Source of the DNA: Myxococcota bacterium
Lineage (GTDB): Bacteria; Myxococcota_A; UBA796; CAJQPC01
Length of the DNA stretch: 64,000 nucleotides
Assembly: GCA_036012755.1 (NCBI GenBank)
Contig: DASCPX010000059.1
Coordinates: 129,870-193,869, forward strand
Direction: 5' to 3'
Shown: positions 56,674 to 64,000 of the stretch, piece by piece
Numbering within the stretch: position 1 is the first letter of the stretch
Layout of the letters: each line of letters opens with the position of its first letter
The notes under the pieces: model-generated
What the model saw: the letters and a program-made list of their open reading frames with translations, nothing else
The model's database searches: none
Told to the model about the DNA's origin: nothing
Program-made: the position numbers and the translations under genes

Positions 56674-57533
56674 GAGCTGAACTCCCGCAGCACGGCGCGC
56701 ATGGCCGGGGCGAGGTCAGGGCGCGCGAGCGTGAAGTGGATGCTGGCGCGCAGTAGGCCCACGACGTTGCCGGTGTCGAAGCGCTGACCTTCGAACTCCA
56801 GGCCGTGGACCTCGCCGCGCTCGGCGAGCACCGCGATCGCGTCGGTCAGCTGGAACTCCCCGCCAGCCCCCCGGGGGGTCGTCTCCAGGATCGACATGAT
56901 CTCCCCCGCCAGCACGTAGCGGCCGACGATGCTGTAGGTGCTGGGCGCGTCCGCGGGGTCGGGCTTCTCGACCATGCCCGTGACGTGCATGAGACCCGGG
57001 CGCACCATGGGGCCCGCGCAGATGCCGTAGCGATTGGTCTCTTCGCGCGGGACGTCCATCAGGGCGACGACGGAGCCGCCCTTTTCGTCGTGCACGTCGA
57101 GGAGTTGCTGGATGGCGGGCACTTCGCTGTCGATGATGTCGTCTCCGAGGAAGACCGCGAAGTCCTCTCCGTTGGTGGCCGGGGCCGCCATCAGCACCGC
57201 GTGGCCGAGGCCCAGGGCCCGCTCCTGTCGCACGGTGATCACGGTGCCGAGCTCGCCGACCCTGCGGACCTCTCGGGCGAGATCGAGCTTGCCGGCGGCC
57301 TCGAGGTGCTCCTCCAGCGCGAGGCTGCGGTGGAAGTAGTCGACCATCGCGCCCTTGCCGGCTGCCGTCACGAAGATGAGCTCGGTCAGGCCTGCCTCGA
57401 CAGCCTCGGCGACGATGTACTCGAGGCATGGCCGATCGGCGAGGGGCAGCATCTCCTTGGGCACCGCTTTGGTGACCGGAAGGAAGCGCGTGCCGAGGCC
57501 GGCGACGGGGAGGACGGCCTTCGTGACCTTCAT
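56670..57533 (-). CDS. galU: UTP-glucose-1-phosphate uridylyltransferase
   Basis: KAVLPVAGLGTRFLPVTKAVPKEMLP, Q..ALGLGHAV, VEKP, GEFQLTDA, RFDTG. Confidence 0.96.
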   Translation of the reverse strand: MKVTKAVLPVAGLGTRFLPVTKAVPKEMLPLADRPCLEYIVAEAVEAGLTELIFVTAAGKGAMVDYFHRSLALEEHLEAAGKLDLAREVRRVGELGTVITVRQERALGLGHAVLMAAPATNGEDFAVFLGDDIIDSEVPAIQQLLDVHDEKGGSVVALMDVPREETNRYGICAGPMVRPGLMHVTGMVEKPDPADAPSTYSIVGRYVLAGEIMSILETTPRGAGGEFQLTDAIAVLAERGEVHGLEFEGQRFDTGNVVGLLRASIHFTLARPDLAPAMRAVLREFSS

Positions 57534-57565
57534 GGAGACTCCTGGTCGATTACTCTGCGCCGGCG

Positions 57566-58453
57566 ATGGGCCTGGAACTGACCGCGTTGCTGGTAATGGG
57601 AGCCGCCTGGGCGGTCGAGGGGGACACGACGCCCACCTTCGGCACCGCCGCTGGCAGCGCGAACCCCGGCGATGTCGGGGCGATCCGTCGCAATCCGGCC
57701 GCGATGCTCCTGGAGGTCGCCTATACCTCCCAGGTCGACCTCGCGCTCGGGCAGGGACCGCGGCTCACGGTGGCGGTGAGGGACACGCGCACCTCGGCCT
57801 TCGGGGCCGGCGTCATGGTCACGCACCAGTGGACCAACCAGGCGGCCTCGGACGAGGACATGCCGGGCTGGAAGGAGCCGGGGGTCGAGGTCCTCGACAA
57901 GAACAGAGAGGGCTCCTACCGGATCAGCGCGGGCTACGGCTTCCTGCCGCAGGCTGTGGTCAGTCCCAGCGGGAACCAGGAGATCCGTCGCGTCGCGATC
58001 GGCGCCTCGGTTGCCTACGACCGCTGGACGGAGACCCTCACCGGGATGCGCACTGGCTGGGCGCTGGATCTCTCCGTGGCGGGTCGCCCCGTCCCGAGCC
58101 TCGTGGTGGCCGGCACCGCCAGGGATCTCATGACCCCCCTGGGACTTCGAGAGCCCAGCTACGATCTCGGGGTCTGGTGGGAGCCCTGGCCCTGGATCGG
58201 GTTCGGAGCCGACGGAGGCTACGACCCCAACATCGGTCCGCTGGTCACCCACGGGGGCGCAGAGGTGCTCATCTCCAATGTCTTCGTGCTCCGCGGCGGC
58301 TACGGGCTGGAGGGCTCGCGGCAGTTCGTCGCCGGCGGCGCGGGCCTCGTCGCAGAGGATCGTGTTCGCGTGGACTACGGCATCCGCTACGACCTCTTCG
58401 GCGAGGACGTCGGCCGCATCGAGCACTCGGTCGGGATCTACGCGAGCTTCTAG
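57566..58453 (+). CDS. Outer-membrane beta-barrel protein (PorV/FadL-like)
   Basis: Signal peptide, AIRRNPAAM plug-like motif, amphipathic strands, terminal VGIYASF. Confidence 0.75.
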   Translation: MGLELTALLVMGAAWAVEGDTTPTFGTAAGSANPGDVGAIRRNPAAMLLEVAYTSQVDLALGQGPRLTVAVRDTRTSAFGAGVMVTHQWTNQAASDEDMPGWKEPGVEVLDKNREGSYRISAGYGFLPQAVVSPSGNQEIRRVAIGASVAYDRWTETLTGMRTGWALDLSVAGRPVPSLVVAGTARDLMTPLGLREPSYDLGVWWEPWPWIGFGADGGYDPNIGPLVTHGGAEVLISNVFVLRGGYGLEGSRQFVAGGAGLVAEDRVRVDYGIRYDLFGEDVGRIEHSVGIYASF

Positions 58454-59010
58454 ATCCAGTCGACTGCGACGCTCGCGGTGGTCTCTTCGCCAGGGTCGTC
58501 CCCGTCGCTGGGGACCACGTGGATGGTCCAGGTCTGCCCCGAGTCCGTCGCAGAGGCCGACACCGTCGTGTCCGTGATGTCGCTGTCCTCGCCGTCGACG
58601 GTCCACCACACCTCGAAGGTGAGCTCGTCCCCCTCGTCGGGGTCGTCCTCGTAGAGGTAGGCCACGAGGTCCTCGTCGGTCGCGGCGCTCTCTGGCAGGT
58701 AGATGCTGACCTCGGGCAGCGCGTTTGCGATCTTCAGGGCATCAGAGGCGGAGCGCCTTCCTCCCACCGCGGTCACGACGACCTCCCACCGCTGGCCCTT
58801 CTCCGTGTAGCCGACGGCCACGCTGTCACCGAGGTGGTCCTCGAAGGGCGCGCCGTCGAGGAACCACTCGAAATCGTGCTCGACCGGGTCGCCGAACTCG
58901 TCGTTCTCGATGTTCGTGAGGTGGGCCGAGATGGCGTTGTCGGTCGTCGCGCCCTCTGGCCCCAGGGTGACCGTGGGCGGATTCGGGCCGCATGCGATGA
59001 GCCAGATCAC
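58450..59010 (-). CDS. Lipoprotein with two Ig-like repeats
   Basis: MIWLIAC; repeated P.V...P..ATTD..D..GD....F.W..DG....T..GQ.W...V units. Confidence 0.8.
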   Translation of the reverse strand: MIWLIACGPNPPTVTLGPEGATTDNAISAHLTNIENDEFGDPVEHDFEWFLDGAPFEDHLGDSVAVGYTEKGQRWEVVVTAVGGRRSASDALKIANALPEVSIYLPESAATDEDLVAYLYEDDPDEGDELTFEVWWTVDGEDSDITDTTVSASATDSGQTWTIHVVPSDGDDPGEETTASVAVDWI

Positions 59011-59034
59011 CCCTGAAGCCTATCCTCTGCCGCC
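59011..59034. promoter_or_regulatory. Overlapping divergent -10 hexamers in a 24-bp gap
   Basis: TAGGCT (minus, 59022-59017) 6 nt before GTG 59010; TATCCT (plus, 59021-59026) 8 nt before ATG 59035. Confidence 0.55.
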
Positions 59035-59739
59035 ATGGGCGCTCTCCGAGCAGTTCTCCACGCCTCGCTGTTCCCGGGCTTTGTCCTCTGCGCGCTCGCC
59101 GTCTCGCGCTTCGTGGAGATCCCCGGAGTCGCCCGCTACGACATGCTCCTGCTGGCGATGTTGGGGATGCAGGTCCTGCTCGTGGCGACCCGGGTCGAGA
59201 CCCTCGCAGAGGCCGGCTGGATCGCCATCTTCCACCTCATGGGCGTGGCGCTGGAGATCTGGAAGGTCAGCCACGGCGGCTGGGCCTACCCCGAGCCCGG
59301 CCTGGCGAAGGTCCTCGGAGTCCCGCTCTTCGCGGGCTTCATGTACGCCTCCATCGGGAGCTTCGTGCTCTCGCTGAGCCGACACGTCCGCGTCGATCTG
59401 CCCCGTGGGTCCTTGCTGTTTGCGGGGCTCTGCTACCTGAACTTCTGGACGAACGTCTGGATCTGGGATCTCAAGCCGGTCCTGGCGCTCGCGGGTCTCG
59501 CGCTGTTCTGGCGCACACGCGTCGGTCGGGTCCCGATCCTCCTCGCCTTCCCCGCCCTGGGCGTCGCGATCTGGATGGCGGAGAACTGGGGCACGCTGTT
59601 CGGCTCCTGGGAGTACCCGCGCCAGGCCCACGGCTGGACTCCGGTGCCGCCGGACAAGCTCCTGTCCTGGACCGTGCTCGGTGCCGTCGCGGTCATCCTC
59701 GTGCTGTCCCGGCAGGCGCAGGCTGATGAAACGCCGTAG
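59035..59739 (+). CDS. DUF817 (YoaT-like) membrane protein
   Basis: RYD, ET..E...I.IFH..G..LE..K, W.YPE, GVPLF.GFMYASIGS, IWMAEN.GT..W.YP.Q. Confidence 0.85.
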   Translation: MGALRAVLHASLFPGFVLCALAVSRFVEIPGVARYDMLLLAMLGMQVLLVATRVETLAEAGWIAIFHLMGVALEIWKVSHGGWAYPEPGLAKVLGVPLFAGFMYASIGSFVLSLSRHVRVDLPRGSLLFAGLCYLNFWTNVWIWDLKPVLALAGLALFWRTRVGRVPILLAFPALGVAIWMAENWGTLFGSWEYPRQAHGWTPVPPDKLLSWTVLGAVAVILVLSRQAQADETP

Positions 59740-59760
59740 GCTTCGCCCAGGTAGAGGAGG

Positions 59761-60297
59761 ATGCCCGGAGTGAGCGATGAGCTCGACCGTCTTGCCATGG
59801 AACGAGTCGTCAGCGGCGACCGATCCGCCTGGCGTGAGCTCTGGGATCGCTGGCACCGGCCGGTCTTCGCCTTTCTCCTCAAGCGCACTGGCTCGCGGCA
59901 GGCAGCCGAGGAAGCCCACTCCGAGATGTGGCTCAAGGTCTGGCGCTACCGCAAGAGCTACGACGGGCAGCGCCCCTTCCGAAGCTGGCTCTTCCGGATC
60001 GCGGTCAACGCCGGCCACGATGCCTCACGCGCCGAGGCGAGCATGTGGAGCATGGACCCGGATGACCTGGCGGCGATCCCAGCGGCGAGCGGGAAGAATC
60101 CGGTCGTCCTGCGAGATCTGCTCAGCAGGGCGCTGCACGAGCTGGCTCCCATCGACCGTCGCATCCTGCTGCTCACCCTCGAGGGCTTCGACAGCGCGGA
60201 GATCGGCGGACTCCTCGAGATGAACTCCACCACCGTCCGCGTTCGCCTCCACCGTGCTCGCGAGCAGCTGCGCGGTTCGCTCCAGGAGGCGCGATGA
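59761..60297 (+). CDS. ECF RNA polymerase sigma-70 factor
   Basis: GDRSAW.EL, FRSWLFRIAVN, EG...AEIG..L.M...TVRVRLHRAR; GGAGG RBS. Confidence 0.93.
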   Translation: MPGVSDELDRLAMERVVSGDRSAWRELWDRWHRPVFAFLLKRTGSRQAAEEAHSEMWLKVWRYRKSYDGQRPFRSWLFRIAVNAGHDASRAEASMWSMDPDDLAAIPAASGKNPVVLRDLLSRALHELAPIDRRILLLTLEGFDSAEIGGLLEMNSTTVRVRLHRAREQLRGSLQEAR

Positions 60298-60860
60298 GCG
60301 ACATCGACCGCCTGATGGCCGCGATGCGCGGACCGGAGCCCCCGAGCGAGCCCCCCGAGCTGCCCGCCGAGGAAGAGGAGGAGTCCGAAGCGACCGGGCC
60401 TGGCTACGTGCCGATGCTGCTGGCGGCCATGGTGCTGCTCGGCATCGGCGTCGTGACGCTCTCTCCGGACAGGGATGAGCCCACGTCCTCGAGCGAGCCA
60501 GCGGAGATCAGGGCCGATCCCGAACCCTCCACCTTCGACGATCTCCCGCCCCCGCCCGTGGACGGAGGGGGCCCCGACTCGGTCGAGCCGGAGGAGCCGG
60601 AGCGCAAGACCGCTGGCAGCGAGCGCTTGGACGCAGGAAGTGGAACCGGGGCGCCGCCGGCTGCCCGGGATCCCGAGCGCTGCCTCGCCCAGTACTCCGT
60701 CGAGGACGCGCGCTACGAGCTCGAGGTGGCGGAGGGAGGCATGGTCATCGGTCTCGACCTCATCGACCCTGTGAACCCCGACCTGGAGGGCTGCCTCCGG
60801 CGAGCGCTCCTCGGCACGATGAAGGAGGGAGAGGTCGGGACGGTGAACCAAGCGCTCTAA
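60294..60860 (+). CDS. Putative single-pass anti-sigma factor
   Basis: ATGA-coupled to the ECF sigma gene; short cytoplasmic N-terminus, one TM helix, Pro-rich linker, small two-Cys domain. Confidence 0.65.
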   Translation: MSDIDRLMAAMRGPEPPSEPPELPAEEEEESEATGPGYVPMLLAAMVLLGIGVVTLSPDRDEPTSSSEPAEIRADPEPSTFDDLPPPPVDGGGPDSVEPEEPERKTAGSERLDAGSGTGAPPAARDPERCLAQYSVEDARYELEVAEGGMVIGLDLIDPVNPDLEGCLRRALLGTMKEGEVGTVNQAL

Positions 60861-60876
60861 GCGCTAAGGTGGCGCC

Positions 60877-62886
60877 ATGTGGTTGCTCCTGGCCTGCCAG
60901 TCGCCCCCCTCGACGCCAGAGGTCGTCATCGACCCCGCGGAGCCGACGGGCGCCGACACACTCACGGCGCTGCTCGTCGAGGAGTCCGTCGATCCGCAGG
61001 GCGACTACCTCTCCTATCGCTACGTCTGGTACCGCGACGAGACCCTGATGGGTGGCCTGTCCGGCCCAGAGGTCATCCCCGATCACACCGGCAAAGGCGA
61101 GCACTGGGAGGTCCGGGTCATCGCCAGCGACGGCTTCAGCGACGCCACGCCAGCGACGGACGAGGTCGTCATCGGCAACCAGCCTCCCGAGCTGAGCCTG
61201 ACCCTGCCAGAGGTCCAGGGCTCCGGCTTCGCCCTCGTCGTGGTCGCGGACGCCAGCGACGCGGACGGGGACGACGTGCTCGTCGAAGCCAGCTGGACTG
61301 TCGACGGCGTCGACGCCGGCGTGAGCGCGCTCGAGGTGCCTGCCCTGCTCCTGGAGGTCGGCCAGGAGTGGACCGTGGTGGCCCGGGCCAGTGACGGTGA
61401 GAGCTGGACCGAGGAGACCGGGACCGTCACGGTCGACGACGCCCAGCCGGTCGTCGACAGCGTCCTGCTGAGCCCCGAGAATGCCACCGTCGAGGACACC
61501 TTCACGGTGGTCGCAGAGGTCGTGGACGAGGACGACACCACCCTGGTCATCGACTGGTACGCAAACGGCGCGCTCCACCTCTCCGACGGCGGCGACACCC
61601 TCTCCGCCGAGGACTTCGCCAAGTACGACCAGGTCAGCGTCTCGGTCACCGCGAGCGACGCGCTCCAGGCCTCTGAGGCGAGGAGCTCGAACGTCGTGAC
61701 CATCGAGAACAGCCCGCCGGTGGCGCCGGGTATCGCCTTCTCCCCGCCGGAACCCCACGCTGCCCACGACGACCTCGTCTGTGTCGTCGATGTCGACGCG
61801 ACCGACTCGGACGACGACGAGCTGAGCCTGGAGTTCCACTGGGAGGTCGAGGGCGTCGAGGTCTCCGGTGACACCACCTACCAAAGCGGCGACACAGTCG
61901 ACGGCGACAGCCTGTTCGAGGACGCGGTCTGGACCTGCTTCGTCGAGGTCAGCGACGGCCAGGCGACCGCCGGGGCGGAGGCGGTGGTCGAGGTCAGCTG
62001 GGCTTGCGACGCCAGCCGCGGGTGGTCCGGCGGTGAGCTCACTGGCGAGACCGGGCTCGGTGGGCTCGCAGAGGACATCGACGGTGACGGCTACGTGGAC
62101 CTCGTCGTCTGCGATGCAGCGGACGACCTCGTCGTCTACTGGGGGGACGGAAGCGGGGGCTACGGCGCGGACTTCAGCTCCACCCACCTCGGCGACGGGA
62201 GCGCCTGCGTAGGCATCGGCGACCTCTCCGGCGATGGCAACGACGACCTCGTCACCATCGACGACGAGGCTGGGTTGATGGTGACCCTCGTCCACAACGG
62301 CTCGCGCACCTGGAACCGTGTCCACGCCGAGTTCGACGACGACGCCACGGACGTCGAGCTGGCGGACGTGGACCTCGACGGCCGGGACGACCTCGTCTAC
62401 ACGAGCGAGGAGCTCGGATGCATGGCGGTTCGGCTCGGACTGGGGGGCACCTCGGTCGGGGACGCCAGCTGCTTGATCAGCCAGACCGGCCCCTTCGAGC
62501 TCGGAGACCTCGACGGCGACGGGCTCGTCGAGGTCGTGCAGGTCGCCGAGGGGGACCTGAAGGTCTACGAGTTCGATGGGAGCTCGGCGGAGCTCGGGAT
62601 CTACACGGTGCTCCCTTCCCCCGAGCTGGACCCGGAGGGCGTCGACCTCGCCGACGGGGACGGGGACGGGGACCTCGACATCCTCGCCTGGGGCACGTGG
62701 GACGGCGACGTGGTCCTCGCCGTCTACCTCAACGATGGCGACGGCGACCCCTCGACCAGCTTCTCCGAGTGCGGTGTCGGCTTCCTCGACTCGAGCCCGG
62801 TCGCGGCTGCGGATCTCGACGGCGACGGTGTTCCGGACGCCTTCCGGATCGACGGCAGCAGCTACCAGTACGAGCTCAGCCGTTGA
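60877..62886 (+). CDS. Lipoprotein with Ig-like repeats and FG-GAP/VCBS propeller
   Basis: MWLLLAC; four Ig-like units similar to those in 58450-59010, then DxDGDG..D repeats. Confidence 0.85.
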   Translation: MWLLLACQSPPSTPEVVIDPAEPTGADTLTALLVEESVDPQGDYLSYRYVWYRDETLMGGLSGPEVIPDHTGKGEHWEVRVIASDGFSDATPATDEVVIGNQPPELSLTLPEVQGSGFALVVVADASDADGDDVLVEASWTVDGVDAGVSALEVPALLLEVGQEWTVVARASDGESWTEETGTVTVDDAQPVVDSVLLSPENATVEDTFTVVAEVVDEDDTTLVIDWYANGALHLSDGGDTLSAEDFAKYDQVSVSVTASDALQASEARSSNVVTIENSPPVAPGIAFSPPEPHAAHDDLVCVVDVDATDSDDDELSLEFHWEVEGVEVSGDTTYQSGDTVDGDSLFEDAVWTCFVEVSDGQATAGAEAVVEVSWACDASRGWSGGELTGETGLGGLAEDIDGDGYVDLVVCDAADDLVVYWGDGSGGYGADFSSTHLGDGSACVGIGDLSGDGNDDLVTIDDEAGLMVTLVHNGSRTWNRVHAEFDDDATDVELADVDLDGRDDLVYTSEELGCMAVRLGLGGTSVGDASCLISQTGPFELGDLDGDGLVEVVQVAEGDLKVYEFDGSSAELGIYTVLPSPELDPEGVDLADGDGDGDLDILAWGTWDGDVVLAVYLNDGDGDPSTSFSECGVGFLDSSPVAAADLDGDGVPDAFRIDGSSYQYELSR

Positions 62887-64000
62887 ACCTGATCTGGCTT
62901 GGAGCGGCGCTCGCGGCCTTTCCCTGCGCGGAGCCCGTCTCTTCGGCGCGGAGGTCGGCAGAGCCGCTCACGGCCTTGCTCGCCATCGAGGGTTGCCGCA
63001 CCTCGGCCTGGCACGACGGCGTCGGCGTGGAGCTGGAGACCGAGGGTTTCCCCAGCGCGGCGGCCTGGCACTTCAGTCGGTGCATCGCCGAGCGCGACCA
63101 CCTCAAGCCCTTCTGTCTCGCGAAGCTGGCGCGGGTGTCCCGCTCAACGGGAGATCTCACCGATCTGTGGGTCGCCCTCGCCGGCGCCGAGCCAGGGGAC
63201 TTCCGGCCAGAGGAGAGGGACTACCTGCTGTTGCAGCTGGGTCGAGCCCGAGCGGACGCTGGCGAGCTCGTAGGGGCCAGGCGCGCTCTCGAGATGGTCG
63301 GTCCCCGCTCGCACTGGAGCCAACCCGCGCGCCTGTTGGATGCTCGGCTGCAGGCGGCTCTGGGGGACCCCTGGGGGGCGGCGAGGGCATACGCCGGCCT
63401 CGCCACGGGGTCTCGTCCATGGGAGCCTCACTACGAGCTGGCGCGCCTCTATGCCCTGGGCGGTCGCCACGAGGAGGCGGTCGCGATGTTCTCTCGCCAC
63501 CCCAGGGACCACGCCCTCTGGGAGGCGGCGCAGCTGGGCGCTGCCGAGAGCTGGCTGGCTCTCGGTGAGCCCCGACGAGCGAGGAAGATCCTGCGTTCTC
63601 GAGGGCGCTGGCAGCGTCGCTACCCGGAGGCGGACGTGGTCTTCGCGGAGGCTGCTTGTCGCAGTCGGAGACGCAGCCGCGGGCGACGTGCGCTCGCCTC
63701 GGACCTGAGCCTCCCGGCCTCCAGCGGGCCAGAGGCGACCTTCGCAGGGTGGCGCGAGGACCGCCTCGGTCTGGAGGATGCCCTCGCCCGGCGGCTCGTG
63801 GACGAGACCCGAGAGGCGCTCGGCGCTGTCGTCGAGCTGGAGGACGAGCTGGCGCGGGCTTCGAGCAGTCCGGCCCGACATCACCTCGAAACCGTCCTGA
63901 CGAGCGAGTTGAGGCACCGTGAGGCCCGTGCTGGGGAGCGTCTTCTTGCAGCGCTCGCTGGGCTGGCTGCGGAACTGGAGCGAGCTCATCGGGGTGTGCG
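62883..64000 (+). CDS. Secreted TPR-repeat protein, weakly GltC-like (runs off window)
   Basis: Manual translation from TTG 62883 (overlaps the upstream stop): MNLIWLGAALA..., YELARLYALGGRHEEAVAMF, YPEADVVFAEAAC; open to the window end. Confidence 0.7.
   Translation, partial: MNLIWLGAALAAFPCAEPVSSARRSAEPLTALLAIEGCRTSAWHDGVGVELETEGFPSAAAWHFSRCIAERDHLKPFCLAKLARVSRSTGDLTDLWVALAGAEPGDFRPEERDYLLLQLGRARADAGELVGARRALEMVGPRSHWSQPARLLDARLQAALGDPWGAARAYAGLATGSRPWEPHYELARLYALGGRHEEAVAMFSRHPRDHALWEAAQLGAAESWLALGEPRRARKILRSRGRWQRRYPEADVVFAEAACRSRRRSRGRRALASDLSLPASSGPEATFAGWREDRLGLEDALARRLVDETREALGAVVELEDELARASSSPARHHLETVLTSELRHREARAGERLLAALAGLAAELERAHRGV

Overview
High-GC chromosomal window, most likely from a Myxococcota-like deltaproteobacterium (inferred from PilZ, FG-GAP lipoproteins, Ser/Thr kinase and a GltC-like TPR gene). 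Recognisable housekeeping genes: sdhA (partial), sdhC, mltG, MATE, plsC-like, ygiQ, a cation-chloride cotransporter, mce, nagZ, priA, galU and an ECF sigma/anti-sigma pair. No rRNA, complete tRNA or CRISPR array was seen. Two candidate undescribed systems stand out. (1) A six-gene translationally coupled operon (31174-45013, minus) joining a giant SEDS (FtsW/RodA) protein and a giant class B PBP, both with FHA-like inserts, to an Hsp70/actin-fold ATPase, a coiled-coil membrane protein and two unknown proteins. (2) Five tandem paralogues of a cNMP-binding-like plus acetoacetate-decarboxylase-fold protein (13089-~19070), with catalytic residues kept in copies 1, 3 and 5 and lost in copies 2 and 4. 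Also notable: a selenocysteine peroxiredoxin lipoprotein split by an in-frame UGA with an fdhF-like SECIS; an AT-richer island remnant (hsdS fragment, direct repeats, tmRNA 3'-end-like att site); several genes collapsed by internal deletion; ultra-short signal peptides; and -10 hexamers directly before start codons, suggesting leaderless mRNAs. All family assignments come from reading motifs by eye, not from database searches.
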